From: Azolla caroliniana
Lineage: Eukaryota; Plantae; Polypodiophyta
Reading direction: 5' to 3'
DNA length: 64,000 nucleotides
Assembly (NCBI GenBank): GCA_043228905.1
Contig: JBHGNT010000016.1
Span: 18,104,001-18,168,000 of the forward strand
Shown here: positions 12,486 through 22,728 of the stretch, in pieces
Layout: each line of letters begins with the position of its first letter
How positions within the stretch are numbered: the first letter of the stretch is position 1
Made by a program: the position numbers and the translations under genes
Notes under the pieces: generated by a model
The model's input: only the letters and a program-made list of their open reading frames with translations
What the model was told of the DNA's origin: nothing
Databases searched by the model: none

Positions 12486-12671
12486 GCCATCTTAGCGCAA
12501 TTGGTAGAGCGGCTGTGTTATGGCCATTACCATATCTCGTGGTAAGTTTTACCATACTACTCTATCCACATGTATAGAATACTATGGTAAAACTTACCAT
12601 AGGATATGGTCATGCCCGTAACAACGTGGCGTTTAACCACGTGGTCGTGGGTTCGATTCCCATAGATGGTG
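12486..12671 (+). pseudogene. tRNA-Lys copy (monomer E) interrupted by a 108-bp insertion
   Basis: Length 186 = 73 + 108 + 5; both halves match the tRNA consensus. Confidence 0.85.
12516..12623. mobile_element. 108-bp palindromic mini-element (TGTTA..TAACA)
   Basis: About 41-bp imperfect terminal inverted repeats; degenerate 5-bp TSD GGCTG/ACGTG, corresponding to consensus GCGTG. Confidence 0.8.
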
Positions 12672-12935
12672 ATGGTTGTTGTATTATTATCATATATGTT
12701 TGAATTAGGATGTGATATTCATATAGGCAGTACATATTTTAAAATGTGGAGCATTGGCTAGAGCAAAAGTATAAACAAAGTTGTTGCACCGATAATAGAT
12801 GCTTTTGGTGTGTTTTTTGCTTAGTTTCATTATTGTCGGTGTATCAACCTTAAAATGGAGAACCCATAGTTGTTATGCCATTCATATATTTTTTGTATTG
12901 TGGCGGTTTCATGCTAACAATGAGATTTGTGTGGA

Positions 12936-14248
12936 GCCATCTTCGGTTAGTTGGTAGCGCGCGTTGCTTTTAACCACGTGGTCATGGGTTCGATTCCCAT
13001 AGACGACGATGGTTCTTGTATTATTAGGATGTGATATTCATATAGGCAGTACATATTTTAAAATGTGGAGCATTGGCTAGAGCAAAAGTATAAACAAAGT
13101 TGTCGCACCGATAATAGATGCTTTTGGTGTGTTTTTTGCTTAGTTTCATTATTGTCGGTGTATCAACCTTAAAATGGAGAACCCATAGTTGTTATGCCAT
13201 TCATATATTTTTTGTATTGTGGCGGTTTCATGCTAACAATGAGATTTGTGTGGAGCCATCTTCGGTTAGTTGGTAGCGCGCGTCACTTTTAACCACGTGG
13301 TCATGGGTTCGATTCCCATAGACGACGATGGTTCTTGTATTATTAGGATGTGATATTCATATAGGCAGTACATATTTTAAAATGTGGAGCATTGGCTAGA
13401 GCAAAAGTATAAACAAAGTTGTCGCACCGATAATAGATGCTTTTGGTGTGTTTTTTGCTTAGTTTCATTATTGTCGGTGTATCAACCTTAAAATGGAGAA
13501 CCCATAGTTGTTATGCCATTCATATATTTTTTGTATTGTGGCGGTTTCATGCTAACAATGAGATTTGTGTGGAGCCATCTTCGGTTAGTTGGTAGCGCGT
13601 GTCGCTTTTAACCACGTGGTCATGGGTTCGATTCCCATAGACGACGATGGTTCTTGTATTATTATCACCTTTGTTTGAATTACGATGGGTATAGATATAG
13701 GGGTTTCATAACCCAGAAGATTGAGCATTGGCTAGATGCTTTTGGTGTGTTTTTTGCTTAGTTTGATTATTGTCGGTGTGTCAACCTTAAAATGGAGAAC
13801 CCATAGTAGTTGTTATGCCATACATATATTTTTTGTATTGTGGCGGTTTCATGCTAACAATGAGATTTGCATGGAGCCATCTTCGCTCAGTCGGTAGAGC
13901 GCGTGGCTTTTAACCATGTGGTCTGGGTTCGATTCCCATAGACGACGATGGTTCTTGTATTATTATCACCTTTGTTTGAATTACGATGGATATAGATATA
14001 GGGGTCTCATAACCCAGAAGATTGAGCATTGGCTAGATGCTTTTGGTGTGTTTTTTGCTTAGTTTGATTATTGTCGGTGTGTCAACCTTAAAATGGAGAA
14101 CCCATAGTAGTTGTTATGCCATACATATATTTTTTGTATTGTGGCGGTTTCATGCTAACAATGAGATTTGCATGGAGCCATCTTCGCTCAGTCGGTAGAG
14201 CGCGTGGCTTTTAACCATGTGGTCTGGGTTCGATTCCCATAGACGACG
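12936..14248 (+). pseudogene. Five tRNA-Lys pseudogene copies (12936-13008, 13255-13327, 13574-13646, 13876-13947, 14177-14248)
   Basis: Anticodon TTT and B box GGTTCGATTCC are retained; acceptor stems are mismatched (GCCATCT/AGACGAC) and the D arm is altered in the first three. Confidence 0.85.
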
Positions 14249-14477
14249 ATGGTTCTTGTATTATTATCACCTTTGTTTGAATTACGATGGATATAGATAT
14301 AGGGGTCTCATAACCCAGAAGATTGAGCATTGGCTAGATGCTTTTGGTGTGTTTTCTGCTTAGTTTGATTATTGTCCGTGTATCAACCTTAAAATGGAGA
14401 ACCCATAGTAGTTGTTATGCCATACATATATTTTTTGTATTGTGGCGGTTTCATGCTAACAATGAGATATGCGTGGA

Positions 14478-14550
14478 GCTGTCTTAGCTCAGTCGGTAGA
14501 GCGCGTGGCTTTTAACCATGTGGTCGTGGGTTCGATTCCCATAGACGGTG
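14478..14550 (+). tRNA. tRNA-Lys(UUU), near-intact (monomer A')
   Basis: All four stems pair if G-U is allowed; A box TAGCTCAGTCGG and B box GGTTCGATTCC are intact; no adjacent oligo-T terminator. Confidence 0.55.
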
Positions 14551-17500
14551 ATGGTTCTTGTATTATTATCACCTTTGTTTGAATTACGATGGATATAGAT
14601 ATCAGGGTTTCATAACCCAGAAGATTGAGCATTGGCTGGAGCAAAAGTACACAAATCCATCGCACCAATGGCAAATGTTGTTGTTGTGTGGTATATGTAG
14701 GATCATATGTAAATAAGTCCATAAGTGTGAGGGTATGTGGATGGTTAAATGTAGGGTCGTTGTGTTAAAAGTATTGTTGCACGTGTGCACAAATGTGAGA
14801 ATGAGTATATTGATATGTGTAAATACATGCACATTGTTAGATATAATCAATGATCATCCCCAAGTTGTAAATATATCTCCATATATGCTCTTAGAGTGCA
14901 CATTTTGTGATAGCGCCCCAAATGAGGAGCGGCTAGTGTGCAACTCGACCATATGGGTAGATAAGGTGTTAATCTAGGAAACCGTAGATGCGTAGGACAC
15001 AATGTATTTAGGAAAGAGAGAAATAGGTAATAGGATTGGCTAATCAAGTCAACTAGAATATTTTGTGGGCAAGTTACGATGTACTTAGTCTTGAAGTATG
15101 CGTCATTGACTTCAAGATAAGTACTATCTAGCACTAGCTTGTACCTAGGGGGGACCCACAGGAGGAGACCCTGAGCCCATGACGACCTTTGACCCTGCAC
15201 ACCCTACCACATCAATCCCTCCAAATGCTGATCTACTTCGAGCCTGGTGTTGTATGCCTGGCCGGACTAGCCTCAACACAGGTGTTTATCCGACACTTCT
15301 CCAAAGGGGTGGTAAGGATTGGATGCTAGGTTACACGCGTAAGATGATTACACTAAGCACAGACGGTAAAACAATACAAAGACAAAGATAAACACGCAAT
15401 AAGTATAATTGTATTACTTTCGTAAAGCATTTACAAATCATTGGATCCTTTTATAGGCATCCGGCAAGGTTACAATCGGTGCGCTTAGGCCACCGGCATC
15501 CGAATCGGTCCGGATCCGGATCGATACAACTGTACCGGATCCGTCCCTCCGAATAATAAATATACTATTATTTACTTCCTATTATCCGATCCGACTCCGC
15601 CTTCCCACTTGTCCTTGCTCTTCTGACCGGCCAACACATGGCACGCCCGTGGGAAAGTGCCTTGCACTTCGAACCCACTCCCGGCCTCAGTCTTCCTCCA
15701 AAATATCGAGCAAACTCCGCTCGAAGGTGTCAAGTGGTGCCTCTTCTTCCAATTCCTGTTCCTTGCCTGCCTGGTCTCCGACCTCCGGTTGGGTTGGCTG
15801 TTCCATAAAAATTTGCTGCTCCGGCTCTGCTTGATTCTGTGGTGCCGGTGCTTCCTCACCGCTCCGTCCGGGTTCTTCCTGTTCTTCCTCCGTTCCAGGC
15901 TCTGTTCTGTTACCAGTGTTGCTTTCTCCGGTCTCGACTGGTCGGTTCGGTGCGCCTTCTTCCTCTGCTCCGATGTTTTCCGGTCTCAGCTCTTCTTCTT
16001 CCCTGGCATCGGTCTGCACCTGATCTTCTTGATTTTCTTGGACCGGAAGTTCTTCTTCGGGTATTCCTTGTCGGGGTTGTTCGGTGTCGGTTGGTTCAGC
16101 TTCAGCCGGTCGCTCTCCCTCACTTATAGTGATTGGCGTCGTTCTTCCCTCGGCTTCCTGTCGTAACCGGTCCTGCTCGTATTTCTCCAACTCCAACTGA
16201 GTTGCGAGCTGCCCGTCATCCAACCTCTCTACCAACCCTCGGATTTCTTTGAGATGTTCTCCCGCTAAAGCGTAGAAATCCTCCGACAACTCTTCCCGAA
16301 TGGCGACTATACTTTCTTCATCCATCTTGTAGAACTTGTCACCGGTCTTCCTTCGATTCTCGGCATCAGCTCGGAGTGTCTGCAGCTCGGCTGCCTGTTG
16401 TGACCACTCCTTCCATAGCTTTTCCGTACTTTCGTTGATGCTTGCCTGAGCTCGGGTACTCCAACATGACATGATGAGCTTGATCCGGTCAACCCCCGCT
16501 TTAGCATGCGCATAAGCTTCTTGCTTTTCCTTCCTTGCCCGTTTTATAATGTCGGCCATTATTTGAGCCTGGGCTTCGTAATCCACTCTCTGCTTTTCAT
16601 AGGCACTTTGCAGTTTGTTGAGCGTGAAGGTCGATCTTTCCTTTTCTTCATTCCGGATCTTGGTAAGATCCAGCTTTTCCTGCCTTAACGCCTCTAATTC
16701 CTTCCTTCTCTCCGTCGTTTGGGTTATTTCCGCCGACAATGCTTCCTTTTTGGCACTGACCTCGTCCATTGTCTTAGCCAGGTCCAATCGGGTCTCTTTG
16801 AGCTGTTCTTTCAGCTTCTTTATTTGCCGGTCGTAGTCTGCTGCCCGTTTCTTGTTGTCCGACTCGGCCTGCTTGTGATCTCGGTAGAGTCGGTCGAAGT
16901 CCTCCACCTTCTGCTTCAGGCGTCGGCTCACCTGAGCTCTTAACCGGTCATCTCGGTCCTTCTGTTGTCGGAGTTCTTCCTGCAGTCGCCCTATCTCCTG
17001 CTCGGCCTATCGACGCAGTCGGTCCTTCTCCTTTTGCAGCTTTTTTTTTTCTTCTTGCCGTCGGTCATTAGTGGCTCGGCCTTTCCGGAGGCCTTCTTCT
17101 ATTCTTCGTCTGTCGTCCTCCACCGCTTTCCGCTACTCCCTTTCTTTTTCCCTTAATGCCTCCTGAGCTTTTAACTCCTCTCGCAAGGTTTCTATTATTT
17201 TTTCGGTCTCAGGGCCAGTTTGCAAGGCTATCGGTTCTGGTTCTGGTTCTGGTTGCTTCCTTGTTGTCCCAACCGGCTCGGTGACAACTTGTGCTTGTTG
17301 AATTCTTTCCCTCGCCTGCAACAGCTCCCCTTGCAACTCCTGGATCTGTGTTCGGAGCGTGACCAACTCCTGGGTTGTTGTATGCGTCAGGTGTTGCCTA
17401 CGCTGTCGCGAAGATTCGCGCGTGCGTGTGCTACTCGAGCGACCACCGGGGTCTTGGACTGGGGAGGATGATCGCGGAATTATCGACGCTAGATGACGAT

Positions 17501-17862
17501 CAATGTAAGATTAAATGAAAATGGTTTACTTGAGAAGAAGAAAAATTGTACACTTGAGAAGTAGAAAAATATGAAGAAGATAAAGACAAATATAATTTAT
17601 ATTGATGATAATGGTGTTGGTGATATCACATATTGAGCCCCCCTTACACAAGCCCAACTAGAGGCTTTTATAGGTCTTTCCATGCTCGTGACATGCACAT
17701 AACCATGGGCTAAAACCATGGTTTTGTGCACACGGTTTTGCTTATGTCATGCACAAACCATGGGTTTAAAACCATGGTTTTGTGCACATGGTTTTCTATG
17801 GTTGTTTCGTCTATAATTTGTATATGAAAAGGAAATACATACAATCTACACTATATGATAGT

Positions 17863-17921
17863 TGTCCTAGTGGTAAGGCAATTATCTTGTATGTTAGAGG
17901 TGCAAGGTTCAATCCTTGCTT
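17863..17921 (+). promoter_or_regulatory. tRNA-like Pol III A/B-box module in the LTR (second copy 20845-20903)
   Basis: TGTCCTAGTGG ... GTTCAATCC starting 44 nt apart; hairpin GCAAGG-TTCAAT-CCTTGC. Confidence 0.6.
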
Positions 17922-18085
17922 GCACCCCTCTGTATGAACTCAAGTGCCATTAGGCTAGGTTTATTTGCTAAGTGCATGTGCAATGTTGCACATCCTTGGT
18001 TTATTCGTCTCACTCGGTTTCACACCGTAGCCGAAAATTGTCACGACATCCACCCCCACCAAACCCGCACATCCTCCGGTATGTG

Positions 18086-18297
18086 CCGAGAAAGGTGAAG
18101 AGGTGAGATCTTTGGCAACGGTGATCAACCGAGTTCCTCTACACGCTCGTCGACTTTGTCTTCCACTTCGAGTATGCGCAATCTTTCCAACCCGAGAAAG
18201 GTGAAGAGGTGAGATCTTTGGCAACGGTGATCAACCGAGTTCCTCTACACGCTCGTCGACTTTGTCTTCCACTTCGAGTATGCGCAATCTTTCCAAC
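18086..18297. repeat. 106-bp perfect tandem duplication spanning the ORF stop and 3' UTR
   Basis: CCGAGAAAGGTGAAG..CTTTCCAAC at 18086 and 18192. Confidence 0.95.
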
Positions 18298-20341
18298 CGA
18301 ACCACCGTAGCCACCCGGTCCACCATATCCGGCGCTCACACCTTCTTCCCCGATCGGTTGTAGTAGATCTACCGAACGATGTCGTCGATACGACCGCTCT
18401 TCCTTCGTCCACCGCGCGTGTCCTTCGATTGGACTCCTGGCCACTCCTCACGCTCACCGTCTTCAACTGGGTATTGTAGATCGTTCGTGTTGATCTCCGA
18501 TTAGGCCGGGTTTGCCCTTGTCCGGATTGGTCTCCACCGATCGCTTCTTGGCTTGGTTGGCCTTCGTCTTCATTCACATTTCCCCGAGTCGGGCTCGACC
18601 GATTGATTCTGGCTGGGTTGGCCCCCTTTTGGATCGGAATCCTCCGATCGATTTTCGCCGAATTAGGTTTCGGTCGGGTCGGCCCCGGTCGATCGGCTCC
18701 CATGTGGATCTTCTTTCGTTCGGGTCGGAATCCCGACCGGATCGTCTTCCGGTTCAACCGGTTCTCGACTCTTCCTTCCTTCCCGCATGCAACCTCTCCA
18801 TCGAACTCAACCGCAGGTTCATCCTTGGCCTCCACGTCGGCCATATCCTTCCCTCCGTGTATGCTCGCCGCGAGCCATATTGTCTCCTCTTCGCCACCTC
18901 CTTTATCTTCAGTCTTATGTCGACACACGGTCTCGACTGCCGAAGTCTTCGGAACCAGTGTGAAGGAATCCCTTCGTTCATTTACATTTACCTTGTCTTC
19001 TTCATCGCCCTTCCGGTCGTCCTCTTTTTTGTCCACACATTCTGTCTCTCCGGTCTCACGTTGGCGCACGTGCACAACCGCCGAAGTCTCTAGAATAGGT
19101 GTGGGGATATCCTTTCTTGCTCGATCTTCTTCCTCTTTGTGTTGTGCCTTTGTCTTCCCTTCACCACCTTCCGTCTCTCCGGTCTCACGTTGGCACACGG
19201 GTGCAACCGCCGAAGTCTCTGGAACAATCGTGGAGAAAGTCTTGACATGGCTATCCGTTGTCGACTCGTCCATAGCCACCTCCGACTCGATGTCGTTTGT
19301 CATGGCTACCTCCTCAATCTCTTCAGACTCAAACACTTTTTCTCCCTCGATCATGCAAGCTTTTCTCATGCTTGCGCCGTCATCACCCGATGTTTCGTAC
19401 ACAATGCGTGTTCCAAAACATTTATCCTCCCTCGAAGTGGCGTTCGCCGTCCTCGAGTCATCGGCCTCCTCCTTCGCCGTCGTTTCTTTGTAAGACAAGA
19501 AGGTGACTTGTTTCACACCTTCTCTCTCGGTACCGTCATACTGAACCAGAGCCTTTGTATCGGCCACTTCATTAACCCGCATTTGTTGGGAGGTCTCTTT
19601 TCCCTCGATCACCATTCGCCTCGGTTTTGTCTCCCTTCTAAGCTTCATTTCTTTTGTTGGTGGTGCGTTGTTGCATCTCGTCCCTCTTCGATCGTCCCTC
19701 ATGGGCCGTCTTGTTGTCGTCGATATTCTCGCTTGCCCCTTATCGTGTAGTCGGCATACACTTTCCACTTTGCTCCAATCCTCGATGAGGCCATTTGCAC
19801 CATCATCTTCTTCAAGTTTGAGGCCGATCGCCATCCTTTCCATTCGATCGATTGACTTCACGAACATAAGGACCTTATCGACCCCCACCAATCTTTGTTC
19901 CCGCTCCGACAATTGAGAAAAATGATGCTCGAAGTCTACGAATGCTTGTGTTGCGCCTTGGTGGGTCTTCGCTGATGCCACCCATTGGTCGAAGTTGTGT
20001 CGATCTTGTCCCTTTAGTCTCTCATAGTCATATTCCTCCAATAGAGCCTCCTCGAAAGTCGACCACGAATCATGAGCTTCTAGAAGCTCTTCTACATCTT
20101 TGAAGATCTGTTGAGACACCACCCGACAAAAGTACTCTAGCCTCATAGCTTTGTCCACACCTCTTGAATCCATCTCCGCATTGTAGACTTTTAGGAAACT
20201 TTGGACATCGGCGCCGTTGAAATAGCTCATTCGTTCGACTACTTTGTCGACGGCTTGTTGGGCTTCATTTCTTCTTTTCTCTTCTCTCAGAAACTCCATC
20301 ATCCTTCTTGCCATTGCCTCCATGAGATATTCGCCATCCAT
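18245..20341 (-). CDS. Gag-like protein, 698 aa (capsid-like N-terminus, acidic repeats, Trp-rich C-terminus, no CCHC knuckle)
   Basis: Uninterrupted ORF; FEHHFSQLS..KVLMFVKSID..DWSKVESVC matches Gag of the autonomous family (FEERFARLS..RVLFFVKAVD..DW). Confidence 0.85.
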   Translation of the reverse strand: MDGEYLMEAMARRMMEFLREEKRRNEAQQAVDKVVERMSYFNGADVQSFLKVYNAEMDSRGVDKAMRLEYFCRVVSQQIFKDVEELLEAHDSWSTFEEALLEEYDYERLKGQDRHNFDQWVASAKTHQGATQAFVDFEHHFSQLSEREQRLVGVDKVLMFVKSIDRMERMAIGLKLEEDDGANGLIEDWSKVESVCRLHDKGQARISTTTRRPMRDDRRGTRCNNAPPTKEMKLRRETKPRRMVIEGKETSQQMRVNEVADTKALVQYDGTEREGVKQVTFLSYKETTAKEEADDSRTANATSREDKCFGTRIVYETSGDDGASMRKACMIEGEKVFESEEIEEVAMTNDIESEVAMDESTTDSHVKTFSTIVPETSAVAPVCQRETGETEGGEGKTKAQHKEEEDRARKDIPTPILETSAVVHVRQRETGETECVDKKEDDRKGDEEDKVNVNERRDSFTLVPKTSAVETVCRHKTEDKGGGEEETIWLAASIHGGKDMADVEAKDEPAVEFDGEVACGKEGRVENRLNRKTIRSGFRPERKKIHMGADRPGPTRPKPNSAKIDRRIPIQKGANPARINRSSPTRGNVNEDEGQPSQEAIGGDQSGQGQTRPNRRSTRTIYNTQLKTVSVRSGQESNRRTRAVDEGRAVVSTTSFGRSTTTDRGRRCERRIWWTGWLRWFGWKDCAYSKWKTKSTSV

Positions 20342-20362
20342 CTTCGTCCTCCCCTGCTGCTC

Positions 20363-20380
20363 TTCACGTCGGGTTCACCA
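20363..20380 (-). other. Primer-binding site for tRNA-Trp
   Basis: TGGTGAACCCGACGTGAA is complementary to the plant tRNA-Trp(CCA) 3' end as I recall it (..TTCACGTCGGGTTCA-CCA); same site at 49602-49619 and about 51447-51464. Confidence 0.85.
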
Positions 20381-22728
20381 GATGATGTCGCGAAGATTCG
20401 CGCGTGCGTGTGCTACTCGAGCGACCACCGGGGTCTTGGACTGGGGAGGATGATCGCGGAATTATCGACGCTAGATGACGATCAATGTAAGATTAAATGA
20501 AAATGGTTTACTTGAGAAGAAGAAAAATTGTACACTTGAGAAGTAGAAAAATATGAAGAAGATAAAGACAAATATAATTTATATTGATGATAATGGTGTT
20601 GGTGATATCACATATTGAGCCCCCCTTACACAAGCCCAACTAGAGGCTTTTATAGGTCTTTCCATGCTCGTGACATGCACATAACCATGGGCTAAAACCA
20701 TGGTTTTGTGCACACGGTTTTGCTTATGTCATGCACAAACCATGGGTTTAAAACCATGGTTTTGTGCACATGGTTTTCTATGGTTGTTTCGTCTATAATT
20801 TGTATATGAAAAGGAAATACATACAATCTACACTATATGATAGTTGTCCTAGTGGTAAGGCAATTATCTTGTATGTTAGAGGTGCAAGGTTCAATCCTTG
20901 CTTGCACCCCTCTGTATGAACTCAAGTGCCATTAGGCTAGGTTTATTTGCTAAGTGCATGTGCAATGTTGCACATCCTTGGTTTATTCGTCTCACTCGGT
21001 TTCACACCGTAGCCGAAAATTGTCACGACAACGCGTTTCTTCTTCCTCTAACTGGTCCGCTGCTCCCGACACCTGCTCCGAAAGCCATCTCAGCCATTGT
21101 GGCTTTGTGCTTCCTGTGTCGGAGTAGCATTGCTCACTTCTACTTCTTAACTCAGGCTGTTTTTCCGGCCTTTTCTCTGGCTCCGGCGCTTGTTCATTCC
21201 TCTTCTCCGGAATGACCGATTCTCTGAAGTCCGGCAAAACGGGTTCCGGTACTGCTTCCCTCGGTGCGGGTTCCAGTACTGCTTCCGCCCCGGCTACTGG
21301 AGGTGGTCCTTGCGCCCTCTGCTGAGTTCTGTCAACTGGTGGAGCCGGTCCTCTTGCCCGTCTCTCCCGACCTTGTCTTGCTGGGAGTCTTACCAATGGT
21401 TCGGATGAGTCTTCTTCCGTCTCAGCTTCCTCCTCCGGTGCGGTGCGGCTACCAGACGGACCTTTTGTATAAAGTCCTCTGGTTCCGGTTCCGGCCGTCG
21501 CAGCATTATATTGATTGGTTTGAGTGCTACCGGTTCTTCCTCGACCGGTTCCTTGTTGGTCTTCCTCGCCGGTTTTCCTTTGCCTTTTCCTGCCGGTTTT
21601 GCCTTTGTTGCCGGTTCATGTTGCTGTCGGGATGGTCCTTCCTCCTGCTGTTCTGCTTCTTCCTAGGTCCATCCGGGGGTGTGTTTCTCCAGGATCTGTC
21701 GGCACTTTGTGACCTTTTTCGGCGTCGTCTCCTGCCGACCTCTTTTCTTTTGTTTGATGGGGAGCACCGGTGGGACTAACACCGTTAGCCATTGTGCTAT
21801 CCCGACACATGGCTTTTTTCCTTCCACAAGGTTCTTGATGGCCTCCTTCAATCCTTCGGTTATGAAATGGAGCCAGTCCACTTGTAATCCTTCGTACGTT
21901 GCCATTATGAACGCTGCCCGGTACTTGGCTATGGCCGGGGGACGAGAATTCACGAATCCGTACTCCATCATGGCGCGGGCCACTTCTCCGAACAACAGGT
22001 TCTCTCCGCCTTGTGTTCGGTACGCCTTGCTGCTGATGGAATACTCACCGAAATATTCGAACAGGATTTGACTTGAAGGGTTTTCGATCGTTTGAAGTCC
22101 TCCTGCTTTTATCCCCGTGAGCGCCTGCACCGCTCCTTCCGTGACTTCTGATAAATCAATCGATGCTGCCGCCTGCTCCGGTTCTGCGTGTGGTGGAGCG
22201 TCGGCGATCCGCAACAATCCTTCTAACCCGTTCTCTATCATCCATTGGCGTGCCTCTTCCGACAGTGCCATTGGTTCGGATTCTTCTTCTGCTGTCTGTT
22301 GTTCGGGATCGGGATGTGTGTGCTCTGTGCGTCGGATCGCTCTTCTGTGCTTCTGCGCCTGTGTGTAGGAAAATTCATAAAAAGTAAGTCCTTCGCAGGC
22401 CTGTGTCTTATATAGTGGCTTTTGCCTCGAGCCGCCCTTTTTCGGTTCCCGCGCATGTCTATCTCCCGCCATAATTAGCGTGTCCTTTCTTGGTTGCCGT
22501 GTGTGCATATCTCCTGTCATCATTAGCAATTCTTCTCTTGATTGCCGTGCGTGCATAATACCTCGTACGTCGGTGCCCACGTTCTATGCTTTAAATAGCA
22601 AGTACGCGCACGTCCTCCTTTACTTCATGACGCCTCTTCATTGAATGGTGGCGCTCCCACCTCTTGTGATCTCCCCATCATCATTACTTTGATTTTTTTT
22701 TAAAATTTATATTTTCTTTTCGGTCGGT

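Larger units (their letters stand above)
11142..14834 (+). repeat. tRNA-Lys tandem array, segment 2 (9 tRNA heads)
   Basis: Heads at 11142, 12152, 12486, 12936, 13255, 13574, 13876, 14177 and 14478; periods 319, 319, 302, 301, 301 in the homogeneous part. Confidence 0.95.
17404..21030 (-). mobile_element. Non-autonomous gag-only LTR retrotransposon (3627 bp)
   Basis: 645-bp LTRs 17404-18048 and 20386-21030 appear identical; 4-bp TSD ACGC; tRNA-Trp PBS; G-rich PPT; one ORF and no pol. Confidence 0.95.
15687..22580 (-). pseudogene. Disrupted extra ORF of the Athila-like element (globular domain, low-complexity linker, coiled coil, acidic tail), split by 17404-21030
   Basis: Pieces 21663-22580, 21031-21396, 17133-17403 and 15687-16931; the frame is continuous across the insertion (..EEETR|RQHLTHTTTQELVTLRTQIQEL). 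Confidence 0.75.

Noticed and set aside
12516-12623. tRNA intron
   Set aside because: It lies in the 5' strand of the anticodon stem and not at position 37/38, has TIRs and a TSD, and is absent from the other copies.
14489-15200. Short ORFs in the tRNA array and Copia LTR (77-117 aa)
   Set aside because: They are chance frames through repeats and LTRs, for example the antisense tRNA reading GIEPTTTWLKATRSTD.
15687-16931. Host myosin/SMC-like gene or envelope gene
   Set aside because: It lies between the LTRs of the Athila-like element and is continuous with its extra ORF; no transmembrane segment or signal peptide is evident.
17863-17921. Bona fide tRNA gene in the LTR
   Set aside because: No anticodon or acceptor stem can be formed; only the A/B boxes and T-arm are retained, so it is reported as a tRNA-like module.
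18245-20341. Domesticated host gene derived from gag
   Set aside because: It is flanked by apparently identical LTRs, a PBS, a PPT and a TSD, so it is part of a recently mobile element.
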